DNA of 64,000 bases from a virus (IMGVR_UViG_3300021426_000001); one strand, 5' to 3'. Numbered from the stretch's first letter, positions 1 through 8,917 are shown. Notes: generated by a model not told the origin, from the sequence alone. Translations and numbers: made by a program.

Positions 1-159
1 CATGCCAGGAATCGGAGAGATGCCGAGCTCAGACATCACGATGTCTCGAACGCAGCCGCCAACCACGTAAGCTTCGAAGCCGAGTCTACGGATTTCACGG
101 CAGAGTTCCATGCCGCAGTGAAGAGCGTCTGAAGGGATGTGGTTAGTTTCAAATTTCAT
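1..159 (-). CDS. cca: CCA-adding enzyme / tRNA nucleotidyltransferase, N-terminus (runs off window)
   Basis: Manual translation MKFETNHIPSDALHCGMELCREIRRLGFEAYVVGGCVRDIVM...; GFEAYVVGGCVRD is the class II nucleotidyltransferase head motif; ATGA overlap with upstream ORF. Confidence 0.8.
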   Translation of the reverse strand, partial: MKFETNHIPSDALHCGMELCREIRRLGFEAYVVGGCVRDIVMSELGISPIPGM

Positions 160-404
160 TTGAAGAGTTCCTTTATGGATTGGGTGAGAGTGTTGAGATC
201 AATTGCAGAGTTGTGACTCATCGTAAACTTGTCGAACCATTCTACTCCAGCGGTGAAGAGAAATGAGACGCCAACTGCAATAAAGAATAGTGTGAGGAGG
301 ATAAGAGCATCGATAGCGAAGTCCTTGAGATCTTCTTCCACTGTGCGAGGCTTCTCTTTCGATTTTTGAGAGCTAGATATTGCTGCGGCGATTACGTGAA
401 TCAT
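156..404 (-). CDS. small membrane protein
   Basis: One TM segment; directly downstream of promoter 431-459. Confidence 0.75.
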   Translation of the reverse strand: MIHVIAAAISSSQKSKEKPRTVEEDLKDFAIDALILLTLFFIAVGVSFLFTAGVEWFDKFTMSHNSAIDLNTLTQSIKELFK

Positions 405-430
405 AGTTGGTCCCTTTTTGTTACACAGTC

Positions 431-459
431 AATATAGGATTTTCTCTCAGAGTTGTAAA
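431..459 (-). promoter_or_regulatory. early sigma70-type promoter
   Basis: TTTACA-N17-TATATT. Confidence 0.8.
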
Positions 460-468
460 CCCTAAAAA

Positions 469-951
469 TCAAGAAATTCCGAGATGCTGGTAGATTTTCT
501 GAATCGTTCTAGGATCATCAGACCATTCTAGCGTCTCTGGATCCTTCCAGTACGCTGTCTCTTCTGGACAGTACATGATCTCAGCGTGCGCATTTCCGTT
601 CACGATGCAGAACACTGAGTCATCATCTTCAGTGCATCTGCTGAACACTGTGAGCTCCTTGAACTTCGGATAGTCATAGAGGAGACGATCTAGTGATCCT
701 CTGACTGGCTTATTCTCTGGCAAGTAGCCCCAGAATCTGCACTTCATGAAGTCATAGCCAGGATCTTCACTCGGATCTTGTCTGTCAGTGTAGAGAAGCT
801 TCTCGCCCTCTTTGTTTCTCTTGAAGCTCATGATTGAGCTGTCACCGAACTCGTCTATGATGTAGAGCTTGAGGCCAGGTTTGATCTTGTCTCTCATCTG
901 GACTGTCGGCTCGGTCAATGTCAGTCTCTGCTCAAATTGAATTGTGCTCAC
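469..951 (-). CDS. hypothetical protein
   Basis: 160 aa ORF, 4-nt overlap with upstream gene. Confidence 0.75.
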   Translation of the reverse strand: MSTIQFEQRLTLTEPTVQMRDKIKPGLKLYIIDEFGDSSIMSFKRNKEGEKLLYTDRQDPSEDPGYDFMKCRFWGYLPENKPVRGSLDRLLYDYPKFKELTVFSRCTEDDDSVFCIVNGNAHAEIMYCPEETAYWKDPETLEWSDDPRTIQKIYQHLGIS

Positions 952-1454
952 TTTTTGTCTCCCTCGAACTTCTGCTTGAGACGCAGGAACTCTTTGTATT
1001 CCTTCTTCTCTTTAGCGTCTTTGATCTCTTCTGCTCGCTTCTCTTCAGCTTTTCGCTTAGCAGCTTCGATCTTGTCAAGCTTCTTCTGCGCCTTCTCGAC
1101 CAGCTTGTCGATCTCTTCATCAGTCTTCATGAGAAGCTTGATAGAGATCTCGGCGATAGCCCAGTAGTCGCTGTCGTTTCCCTCCACAGTCCTGAATCCG
1201 ACGAATGGCCGATTGCAGTCAAAGTCGAACTCGGAGATGAAGATGTAGATTGCGTCGTGAATGTCTGACTCGTCGAAGAACGTAGAGCAGTCAAGATCGT
1301 CAGGAATGACTGACTCATACTTCTTGAGCTTCTTAGATAGTTCACTCGCTCGCGTGATTAGGTCACGATTGAGTTTATAGCAGACGCTGAAGTCTAGCCG
1401 AGAGAATTTCTTGACTTTTCTGGCGTCAAGTACCTTGATCGGTTTCTTGAACAT
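948..1454 (-). CDS. hypothetical protein, C-terminal coiled coil
   Basis: 168 aa ORF with GGAGG RBS. Confidence 0.8.
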   Translation of the reverse strand: MFKKPIKVLDARKVKKFSRLDFSVCYKLNRDLITRASELSKKLKKYESVIPDDLDCSTFFDESDIHDAIYIFISEFDFDCNRPFVGFRTVEGNDSDYWAIAEISIKLLMKTDEEIDKLVEKAQKKLDKIEAAKRKAEEKRAEEIKDAKEKKEYKEFLRLKQKFEGDKK

Positions 1455-1457
1455 AGT

Positions 1458-1793
1458 TTACCTCCTAGCCTTGTCTGCTAGTCTGAGTTGTTCTTGTAAG
1501 AATGTCCTGAGCTCTACAGGTTCTATCTTCTTGATCATGATGTGTTTCGTTCCAGGAACCTTGACGGGCTGGAGTCGGATGTCCAGCACGTACATTCTGT
1601 ACTCAAGGAACCTCTGATCGAGAAGAAGATCCCAGCCGTGAACACCCTTCTCGTGCTTGAACCACGCATAGTTGTTAGTTCCGAAAGAGCAGGTCGTGAT
1701 TTCTCCACCTGGAACTTCAGTGAATGATGTTATTTGGTCTGGTCGGTCTTTGTAGAGTTCTTTAAGTATAGCTTTAGCTTCATCGTAGTTCAT
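1458..1793 (-). CDS. hypothetical protein
   Basis: 111 aa ORF, coupled junction. Confidence 0.75.
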   Translation of the reverse strand: MNYDEAKAILKELYKDRPDQITSFTEVPGGEITTCSFGTNNYAWFKHEKGVHGWDLLLDQRFLEYRMYVLDIRLQPVKVPGTKHIMIKKIEPVELRTFLQEQLRLADKARR

Positions 1794-2239
1794 TAGAAGT
1801 CTCCCTCTATCGAGTCGAAGAACATCTGTTCCAGTTCTGGTTTGTTCTTGTTGTTGAAAATCCAGTGAATGTCAAGCTCCTTGTCGAATACGCGATGCTT
1901 GTAGATTCCTGGCAAGTCTTCGTAGCACGATCCGTTCAGATTCTGCAAGTATCTCATTCCCGTGAGTCTGAATCTTCCCTCATAGAAGTCGACGATCGAG
2001 CGCAGAATGTACTCGTTAGAGCGAATCGTCATATTTCCCTCGTTGTCTTCAATAGCGCCCAAGTGAGGAACCGGCAAGCAGAGCAGCACGCTCTCCACGA
2101 CACGGCTCTTGAGATCGATGTATAGATCGTCGTACTGGTCCGAGAGAATTATCCTGCCCTCTTCTATTAGCTTCGGGATCCTGTAGATCGAGTACACGTC
2201 GTGCTTGTGCGATAGGATCATTTCAGATTTGTCAGCCAT
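1793..2239 (-). CDS. degenerate DUF262 (ParB/Srx-like) protein
   Basis: KSRVVESVLLCLPVP...EDNEG...FRLTGMRYLQNLNGSCYEDLP resembles DUF262; DGxQR motif replaced by RSNEY. Confidence 0.7.
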   Translation of the reverse strand: MADKSEMILSHKHDVYSIYRIPKLIEEGRIILSDQYDDLYIDLKSRVVESVLLCLPVPHLGAIEDNEGNMTIRSNEYILRSIVDFYEGRFRLTGMRYLQNLNGSCYEDLPGIYKHRVFDKELDIHWIFNNKNKPELEQMFFDSIEGDF

Positions 2240-2673
2240 TACTTCACCCTGTGCATGAGGTCGATCACGTCTTCCATGATCTTCTTGTTGTCTTCAGTTC
2301 CGTAGCGCAGCCAGAGATAGTGGACGTTGTACTCCATGATGCGGCGCTGAAATGGACGCTTGATCTCAGAGTACTTGAGACCCTGGATCCCGTCGATGTA
2401 CCCGCCAGTGATAGCGAACTTGTCTTCTACGAAGTCTGCGATAGTGTTGAAGATGTCGGCACCGTAGACGATCTCAGACTTGTTGTCCCTGAAGTGCTTC
2501 ATCTGAACGAAGCTGAGCTCCAAGAATCTCATCAGGACTGCTTCGATGATCTTAGACTTGTCTTCCACAGAGAGATGCGTAACTTCCTGACGGTTGTCCT
2601 GACGGTGACCGTAGTATTCTTGGAAAGTGGTGTTCTGCGGAGCGTAGTCGTATTGGTCGTAGTCGATCTTCAT
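2239..2673 (-). CDS. second degenerate DUF262-like protein
   Basis: KSKIIEAVLMR...EIVYGADIFNTIADF...GLKYSEIKRPFQRRI aligns with neighbour and DUF262 pattern; no DGxQR. Confidence 0.6.
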   Translation of the reverse strand: MKIDYDQYDYAPQNTTFQEYYGHRQDNRQEVTHLSVEDKSKIIEAVLMRFLELSFVQMKHFRDNKSEIVYGADIFNTIADFVEDKFAITGGYIDGIQGLKYSEIKRPFQRRIMEYNVHYLWLRYGTEDNKKIMEDVIDLMHRVK

Positions 2674-2853
2674 TTAGTGCCTCTTTATGCGAGTGTTAGT
2701 GATTGAGTTGTAGAGCGCGTATGCGTAGTGGAGCGACTCACGATAGGGCGACTCACGATAGGCATTGTAGTCCTTGACTGCCTGTTCGAGATGAGAGATA
2801 GCCTCGTTGAGTCCCAGAGTAGCTAGATAAGCTTCTTTGCTCGGATCTATCAC
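2674..2853 (-). CDS. small hypothetical protein (59 aa, GTG start)
   Basis: Manually translated; fills gap exactly between neighbours; contains 15-bp duplication. Confidence 0.55.
   Translation of the reverse strand: MIDPSKEAYLATLGLNEAISHLEQAVKDYNAYRESPYRESLHYAYALYNSITNTRIKRH
2733..2762. repeat. perfect 15-bp tandem duplication
   Basis: GCGACTCACGATAGG x2. Confidence 0.9.
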
Positions 2854-3197
2854 TTGGCAGCCTCCTTCTCTTCGACATCCATGCTGGCCTTGACGAGAGT
2901 GCCCTTAGCGAAAGCCTTAGCAGCTCGTTCAGCGTCGATCTCGAAGTGAGTCACTCGGTAGAGAGCGCTAGCGAAAACCTTTGCAGCGCACTTCTTGCAG
3001 AAGATCGGATTTTCGACAGCCTTGCCGTACGGGATGCAGAGATAGTCGAACTTCAGTCTCGCGTGGCTCACTTGATCCATGAAGTAAGCGATTGGCGGAT
3101 AGAGAGCGTCCCTGACTTCTTCGAGTTCTTCTTTTGTGATCTCTTCTTCGCACCAGTCGCAGACGATCTTGACGTTTTCGATTTTCTGAATTCCCAT
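2850..3197 (-). CDS. putative Zn-binding protein
   Basis: CDWC and CKKC pairs. Confidence 0.7.
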   Translation of the reverse strand: MGIQKIENVKIVCDWCEEEITKEELEEVRDALYPPIAYFMDQVSHARLKFDYLCIPYGKAVENPIFCKKCAAKVFASALYRVTHFEIDAERAAKAFAKGTLVKASMDVEEKEAAK

Positions 3198-3231
3198 GAT
3201 AGAGTCCCTTGTTGAATTGTTTTACACAGTC

Positions 3232-3268
3232 AATATAAGAAAATCAGGGCTTGTTGTAAACCCTGATT
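3232..3268 (-). promoter_or_regulatory. early promoter within stem-loop
   Basis: TTTACA-N17-TATATT; AATCAGGG/CCCTGATT arms flank the -35. Confidence 0.85.
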
Positions 3269-3297
3269 CTGAGATTTTCTTGATTTTTTCTTGACTG

Positions 3298-3972
3298 TTA
3301 GCCGAGATCTACCGGTAGGGACCAAGAGTTAGTTCCCTCTTGGAGCTTCTCGTTGAGGAAGTCTCTGGCGTCAGATGCCGCAGAGATGATGTTCTGCTTC
3401 TGGACTTCAGTGTCTGCCCTCTCGTCGATCTGGCACATGACCATCCAGCCCTCGTCTGTTTCCGTGAGGTGGCCGTTGCTGCTGTCGTTGTAGTCTGCGA
3501 TCTCGCTCTCGTCGAGCTGGAACTTCGGGCTGTTGAGCTTCACATGGACATAGATGTCTTCGCCGTCTCGACCAGCGCCAGCGCCAGTGATGAAGTCCGG
3601 ATGATCTTCGCGGAGAAGCTTTAGAACCTGATTTGCGACTTCTTCTGGAGTCACTACAGCTTCGTTAGTAGACTCGTTGATGAGCTTAGACTCGCCCTTT
3701 ATTTCGACAGACTCGTTCGACTGCTGAGCGATCTTGAGGATAGTCTCCTTGACGAGATCGAGAGCTTCCTTAGAAGCGCAGCACACAGTGAACCACTCGT
3801 TGACTGGCCAGAACTGGTAGATGTCTCCCTGGATGTCGTAGAGACCCATCGGATCTTCATCTGCGCTAGCGTTGATGAGCTGGTTGAATCGAGTGTTGAT
3901 GTCATTTGCGTCTTGAGCAGACGGAAGCTTGGCGAGAATAGAGCCATTAGAATTGTCGATAATCATTTCCAT
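3298..3972 (-). CDS. acidic late protein, possible virion internal protein
   Basis: 224 aa; TATAAATA at 3993-4000. Confidence 0.7.
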   Translation of the reverse strand: MEMIIDNSNGSILAKLPSAQDANDINTRFNQLINASADEDPMGLYDIQGDIYQFWPVNEWFTVCCASKEALDLVKETILKIAQQSNESVEIKGESKLINESTNEAVVTPEEVANQVLKLLREDHPDFITGAGAGRDGEDIYVHVKLNSPKFQLDESEIADYNDSSNGHLTETDEGWMVMCQIDERADTEVQKQNIISAASDARDFLNEKLQEGTNSWSLPVDLG

Positions 3973-3992
3973 GTTAGAAACTCCGGTTTGTT

Positions 3993-4000
3993 TATTTATA
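3993..4000 (-). promoter_or_regulatory. T4-type late promoter
   Basis: TATAAATA upstream of 3972 start. Confidence 0.7.
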
Positions 4001-4002
4001 CA

Positions 4003-4311
4003 TTAGTCGTTGTGGCGCCAGTCATGTTCTATGACTTCGGATCCAGTGCGGACAGCACGAAGTTCTTGGAAAGCGTATTGAGCCTGATCGCACCAGCCGA
4101 GCGGCCATTTGTCCATAGAGCCGTCAGAAGAGATGTTGATGCGCTGATCCTTCCAGAGGATGTAGTAGCCAGTAGCCTTTTCTTTAGCGATCTGGATCTG
4201 AACATCGTAGAGTTGGAGTTCGTTTTCGATAATGCCGACTAAGCCTTGAGCGCTGTGAAGAGTGCCATAGTCTTCTTGAGCAGTGATGTCGTGGTTGATG
4301 GTGATAGCCAT
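4003..4311 (-). CDS. stand-alone DUF3696-like protein
   Basis: RINISSDGSMDKWPLGWCDQ resembles the DUF3696 I-x-I-x-x-x-G-x-x-x-x-WPxGFFDQ motif. Confidence 0.6.
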   Translation of the reverse strand: MAITINHDITAQEDYGTLHSAQGLVGIIENELQLYDVQIQIAKEKATGYYILWKDQRINISSDGSMDKWPLGWCDQAQYAFQELRAVRTGSEVIEHDWRHND

Positions 4312-4341
4312 TTGAAAGCTCCTTGTTTAAGTTACATTCTC

Positions 4342-4380
4342 AATATAAGAAAATCAGGGCTAACTGTAAACCCTGATTTT
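4342..4380 (-). promoter_or_regulatory. early promoter within stem-loop
   Basis: TTTACA-N17-TATATT; AAAATCAGGG/CCCTGATTTT arms. Confidence 0.85.
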
Positions 4381-4404
4381 TAGATTTTCTCTTTTTTATT
4401 CTAG

Positions 4405-4677
4405 TTAGTCTCTGCGCTTGCGGTACTTGATCATCATGATCGACCAGCCGTTGAGATTGTAAGCGAAGCGCTCGCCACCTCTCGTGCGAATGTGGATGAA
4501 CTTCGTTCCGATGTCGTACTTGTCGACTGCGTGCTCTACGCAGGATTCTCCCGTCTGGTCGCCGATAGAGCAGACTTTGATCGTAGGAAGATCTTCATTG
4601 ACTTTGCACGCATCGCAGTCACAGCCCCAGAAGATGAACGGAATAGCGAAGATTGTCATTAGGAGTTTCTTACGCAT
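4405..4677 (-). CDS. putative lipoprotein
   Basis: MRKK, hydrophobic stretch, FWGC lipobox-like. Confidence 0.65.
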   Translation of the reverse strand: MRKKLLMTIFAIPFIFWGCDCDACKVNEDLPTIKVCSIGDQTGESCVEHAVDKYDIGTKFIHIRTRGGERFAYNLNGWSIMMIKYRKRRD

Positions 4678-5179
4678 TCTTCACCTCACAGAACGGACAT
4701 GGCTGGAGAGCTTCACGGAAGTTTCCCGGCGCTGGCTGCTTCTTCTGAAGTTCTGGATTGAGAACTCTCTTCGCGTGATTGAGAAGCTCGCCCTTCGGAA
4801 GTTCGAGATTCAGACACTCCGAGCGTGAGACTTCTCCAGTCTCTGGGTTGATCTGAAACTTATTGAACCCAGCTGCTCTTGCGGACTCTTCTACCTTAGC
4901 TTCTACCTTAGCCTTAGAGTCTGGCTCTTCGACTTTCTCTGCCAGCTTATCTACCCAGTCAAGAACATCGCTAGGTCTGATCATTCCATTAGAGGCGATG
5001 TTTCTGATGCAGCTGAACTCCCAGACGAGGGCCTTCGTGAATCTGTTGATTAGGAACCCTTGCTTCTCGTCGATAGCTACGGATCTGTTGAGCATGTCTC
5101 TCATAGCGTTCATCTCTCGAAGCGAGAACTCGATGGTCACCTTCGGTACGACTTCTTTGTCAAGTTTAACGATTTTCAT
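4670..5179 (-). CDS. hypothetical protein
   Basis: 169 aa, GGAG RBS, C-terminal CPFC. Confidence 0.75.
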   Translation of the reverse strand: MKIVKLDKEVVPKVTIEFSLREMNAMRDMLNRSVAIDEKQGFLINRFTKALVWEFSCIRNIASNGMIRPSDVLDWVDKLAEKVEEPDSKAKVEAKVEESARAAGFNKFQINPETGEVSRSECLNLELPKGELLNHAKRVLNPELQKKQPAPGNFREALQPCPFCEVKNA

Positions 5180-5197
5180 TGTTTCTCCAGTTAGGTT

Positions 5198-5230
5198 TTG
5201 TCTAAGTCTTGTCTAAGTCTTGTCTATGTC
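5198..5230. repeat. 3 x 11-bp tandem repeat
   Basis: TTGTCTAAGTC x2 plus TTGTCTATGTC. Confidence 0.85.
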
Positions 5231-5416
5231 TCTGAACAGATCGACCAAGCTCTTTATGAAGCACGCAGCAGAGACGAAGAACAGAGCCCATAGCACAATC
5301 ATGTGTCCGAGATCTATGTTCTCTCCGATAGTGCTGTTCAGAATCCCATAGCCTGATCCGACAGTGCAGAGACCAGATATGATCAATTGAGCGAGATCGA
5401 AAAGCATCAGAATCAT
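5213..5416 (-). CDS. small two-TM membrane protein
   Basis: Two hydrophobic segments. Confidence 0.65.
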   Translation of the reverse strand: MILMLFDLAQLIISGLCTVGSGYGILNSTIGENIDLGHMIVLWALFFVSAACFIKSLVDLFRDIDKT

Positions 5417-6834
5417 TCTTTGAACCCCTTGTACTCGACGAACTCCTTGAGCTCATCAATCTTCGGTCTTATGGACGTGATGGCGTCTCTCATCTCGTGC
5501 ATGGACTGACGAGCGTTGTAGTACCAGTCGTAGTACCAGTACTTCTGTCGAGCTCTACACGGCTTGATCAACATCATCTTCTCAGCGTCGTTTTCCCTAG
5601 CGTACTTGAAGCGGTCGTAGACGCCAGCCATAGTCTGGTAGGTAGCGACTCCCTGGACCTTCACTCTGAACTCTTCCTGCTTCTTGGAATCTCTGTAGAA
5701 CTCGATGCTGATGTCGCATGTAGCTGGCTTCCACTTCATCTTAGAGCCAGTCACCTTCGGGAACATGTACGGGATCTTTACAACTACCTCTCCCTTCTCG
5801 TACGTGATCTCAGCTTCAGGGAACATCGTCTTGAAGTCGAATCCGCGAGCAGTCATAGCTCGGAGAGTCTCTTCCATGACTGCTACTCCATTCTTAGCTT
5901 CCCTGACTTTCTTGTCGGCTTCGAGAGACTCGTATTCTGGAGTTCCCTCCTCGTACTTCGGACCTTCCCAGTCCCACTCCTTAGCCTTCCTCCAGTCTCT
6001 AGTTATGCCGTTCTCCTTGGCGATGTCATCATAGCGCTTGTCCCATACAGCTTGAGCGTACTTCATCTTCTCGGCGGCTTCGTCGATGCTGTTGCACTCG
6101 ATCATTCTAGCAGAGCCGTCTCTGCCGTTGCAAGCGAGTGACGGAAGAGCTGGCACTGAGCCAGGGAACATCTCTTTGAGAAACTCGAATGGTCCTTGTG
6201 AGCAGAACTGATCGAGTCCAAAGACCAAGTAGATCTTCTTAGCGTCGTAAGAGACCTGGAATCCGACCTCAGCAGTGTCATTCGCTACGCCGTATTCTTT
6301 CTTGAAGTCGTGAAGATCAGGATCATATTTCAGAATCGGGAAGTAGTGCTTGCTGAGGACGCATCTGTGATCCTTCACCCACGGCTCCATGATTCCATAG
6401 AGAACTTTGTCTCCCTTGTCTACGAAGCATCTCAACTTCTGTGTGAACTCTTTGATGAAGTCTGCGTGGACGATAGCCCACTCTTCTTTTCTCATCTCGA
6501 GAGTTCCGTTTTTCGCTTCTTCAGTGTCGAGCTTGCAGATGGAGTTGATCCATCTCATGAAGTCCTGGAATCCGTCTCGAGTGTCCTCGGTGTTTATCAT
6601 TCTCCCGTCAGTAGTAGCGAAGTACTGGTTGTGATAGGAGATTGCCTTGTAGACGGTAACGATGACAGTCAAGAGCTTTCCGTCGTGTTCGCCCTCGAAG
6701 AAGACCTTAGCTGATCTGTCTTCTACCTGGACCTTAGTTAGCGGTATGATCTTCTCGAGGACCTCACGCTCATGCGACATGTCCTGAAGGTATCTGCTAG
6801 CTTTGATTATGTCTGTTCCTCGATATTCTTTCAT
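5413..6834 (-). CDS. hypothetical protein
   Basis: 473 aa ORF with RBS. Confidence 0.85.
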   Translation of the reverse strand: MKEYRGTDIIKASRYLQDMSHEREVLEKIIPLTKVQVEDRSAKVFFEGEHDGKLLTVIVTVYKAISYHNQYFATTDGRMINTEDTRDGFQDFMRWINSICKLDTEEAKNGTLEMRKEEWAIVHADFIKEFTQKLRCFVDKGDKVLYGIMEPWVKDHRCVLSKHYFPILKYDPDLHDFKKEYGVANDTAEVGFQVSYDAKKIYLVFGLDQFCSQGPFEFLKEMFPGSVPALPSLACNGRDGSARMIECNSIDEAAEKMKYAQAVWDKRYDDIAKENGITRDWRKAKEWDWEGPKYEEGTPEYESLEADKKVREAKNGVAVMEETLRAMTARGFDFKTMFPEAEITYEKGEVVVKIPYMFPKVTGSKMKWKPATCDISIEFYRDSKKQEEFRVKVQGVATYQTMAGVYDRFKYARENDAEKMMLIKPCRARQKYWYYDWYYNARQSMHEMRDAITSIRPKIDELKEFVEYKGFKE

Positions 6835-7220
6835 TCTTCTTCCTTTAAATCAATCTTGAGGTTCGGTTGCGGAAGGTCGTCTGGGTGAACGTATGCCCAC
6901 GCGATGACGTCTTCTTTTGATCCGATGTTGTCGGCGCCGTACTCTGGCGACCAGTGGTCTGCTCGTCCGGATCGGCCGCCATGTGGATTCCAGCGTCCAG
7001 TGCGGTAAGCCAAGAGCGGCGGATAGAACCAGACTCGTCTGCTCGGATCAGGAAGCTCGTTCTTAGTCAGCTTCCATTCTAGCTTGTGATCCCTCTCATA
7101 GGCTTCGATCGCTTCTTTCTTCACGTCCCTGACTATCTTGTTCAAGCGGTCTTCTGTGAGCCAGAGCGAGCCTCGTTCTTTGAGCTCGCGGCGTGCTTCA
7201 TCTTCTGCTGTCCAGATCAT
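6831..7220 (-). CDS. hypothetical protein (DUF551-like)
   Basis: WKLTKNELPD...VIAWAY pattern. Confidence 0.65.
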   Translation of the reverse strand: MIWTAEDEARRELKERGSLWLTEDRLNKIVRDVKKEAIEAYERDHKLEWKLTKNELPDPSRRVWFYPPLLAYRTGRWNPHGGRSGRADHWSPEYGADNIGSKEDVIAWAYVHPDDLPQPNLKIDLKEEE

Positions 7221-7223
7221 CTC

Positions 7224-7610
7224 TTACCTCATGCTCGGTTTCCAGCCATTTAGATCGCGTGTCTGCGGCGGTCTCGGGTACCACCATACGCTGTACTTGC
7301 CCTTTCCGTCTGTCTTGCTTCTAGTGCAGCTGACTTCGAATCCAGCGCTTTCGAGAGCCTTCGTGAGCTGCGGCTCATACTTCATGTCGATGAGCTCGAC
7401 AGTAGCGCCCATGCCCTCTTCGTAGTAGATGTTATCTTTCTCGATGTCGTAATATATGACTTCGGCGTCCGGATTAGCAGCAATCTGGTCTCGGATCTGG
7501 TCCAGAATCTTGTTTGCGACTGGTACCACGATCTTCTCTACTGCTTCAAGAGCGAGCTGCTTCTGTTCACGTTGATACTTTCGAATATCATCAGCACTGT
7601 ATTTGAGCAT
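7224..7610 (-). CDS. hypothetical protein
   Basis: 128 aa; RBS and promoter upstream. Confidence 0.8.
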   Translation of the reverse strand: MLKYSADDIRKYQREQKQLALEAVEKIVVPVANKILDQIRDQIAANPDAEVIYYDIEKDNIYYEEGMGATVELIDMKYEPQLTKALESAGFEVSCTRSKTDGKGKYSVWWYPRPPQTRDLNGWKPSMR

Positions 7611-7634
7611 ATTTAGTCTCCTGTTTGCATTCTC

Positions 7635-7663
7635 AATATAGGTAAATCTTCAGTGTTTGTAAA
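7635..7663 (-). promoter_or_regulatory. early promoter
   Basis: TTTACA-N17-TATATT. Confidence 0.8.
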
Positions 7664-7689
7664 TATGAAGTCTAAAAATTTTAGTAATT

Positions 7690-8035
7690 TTAGTTCGACA
7701 TCAAAGTCGTAACGCTGGAACGAAGCGCAACTCAATGCTGCTATCGGTAAGCGTGCGCCGTTCGCTAGTGAGCTCCTCTAGCATGAATGAACGAACATGG
7801 AGCATCGAAGCAGAAGAGTAGCGTCTTCTGCACACAGCCGCCATTAGCGCCTGAAGATGTAGCTGGAATACAGGATGACCGATCCATAAGCTTCAGGGTG
7901 AGTCTACTCTAAAAGGTCGACGGGCGAAGGAGTCAGCAAAAGACGTTCTTCAGGGTCCAGAGACAATGAGTTTCCTTAATAGGCTCATTGTCTCTGGGCT
8001 CTGGATGTAGCAAAAGAATCCTCAGTCGTCATCAG
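7690..8035 (+). ncRNA. candidate structured non-coding RNA
   Basis: No ORF of 60 aa or more; 14-bp perfect stem 7957-7970/7984-7997 extended by plus-strand G-U pairs; further hairpins at 7810-7831 and 7851-7896. Confidence 0.45.
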
Positions 8036-8059
8036 TATCATAGAGAATCTCAGAATGGC

Positions 8060-8136
8060 TGTTCATAAGATGTTAATAGATTGTTAATAGAATGTTAATA
8101 AGATGTTAATAGATTGTTAATAAGTTGTTCATGAGA
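8060..8136. repeat. 7 x 11-bp AT-rich tandem array (iteron/DnaA-box-like)
   Basis: TGTTCATAAGA TGTTAATAGAT TGTTAATAGAA TGTTAATAAGA TGTTAATAGAT TGTTAATAAGT TGTTCATGAGA. Confidence 0.9.
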
Positions 8137-8163
8137 AAAGAGTCGACGAAGTGGCGCAAAGTT

Positions 8164-8171
8164 TATAAATA
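8164..8171 (+). promoter_or_regulatory. T4-type late promoter
   Basis: TATAAATA upstream of 8198. Confidence 0.75.
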
Positions 8172-8197
8172 TATGGTACAACCATTGGAGAATTTCT

Positions 8198-8917
8198 ATG
8201 GCACAGATGAGTTTTGAACAATCAATGAGAATTCTTGAATCCGCTGGAGTAGAGCTGGAGAGAATCGACGAAGCTAGAGGCGCATTCTCTCAGAGAAGAT
8301 TCGAGAGAGCTCTGAACGCAGCGATGAGAGAAGTCGATCAGTACTATCTCAGCACTAAGTATCACAAGCCCGCTTTCAGGAAAGACGGAAGATCTTACTA
8401 CAGCAGCTTCAAGCCGAACTCTTGGGGCGGACTGACTGTCTATGTTCAGTGCAATCCCGGCTGGTTTGAAGAGGGCGTCATGAGAAGTCTGATCAAGAGT
8501 CTCAATAAGAAGCTTGAAGAGGCTGGAGTCAATCTAGAGGGCAACGAGTCCTGGACGTACTCTTCGACGAAGGACGACATGGGCGAGTATGTCCAGTACG
8601 CTACATTCAATCCTCCGAAAGCACTTGACGTGGATCCCAGAGGGCTTATCAAGAACTGGAACGCTACTGGATCTACAGTTCTCGTCAATGTCGGCGGAAA
8701 GCCGATGAAGTTCAAGCACGAGAAGCAGCTCAGCAGCGAGATCAGAGACAACGGCTATCGTCAGCTCACTGGTCACTCTAGCGATGATCTATGGGTCTCT
8801 ACTGACAGATCTAGAGCTATCCTCGTCCACGCTAGCACCATTCATCCAGCTGCTGGAACTGACTACACTGCTAGACTTCTCGGACCAGAAGAGACGAAGA
8901 AGTATCTAGAGGAGTAG
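8198..8917 (+). CDS. late protein with shared N-terminal leader (putative head internal protein)
   Basis: GGAG RBS; MSFEQSMRILESAGVELE leader. Confidence 0.8.
   Translation: MAQMSFEQSMRILESAGVELERIDEARGAFSQRRFERALNAAMREVDQYYLSTKYHKPAFRKDGRSYYSSFKPNSWGGLTVYVQCNPGWFEEGVMRSLIKSLNKKLEEAGVNLEGNESWTYSSTKDDMGEYVQYATFNPPKALDVDPRGLIKNWNATGSTVLVNVGGKPMKFKHEKQLSSEIRDNGYRQLTGHSSDDLWVSTDRSRAILVHASTIHPAAGTDYTARLLGPEETKKYLEE

Noticed and set aside
8060-8136. CRISPR array
   Set aside because: Repeats are 11 bp and contiguous with no spacers; no cas genes seen
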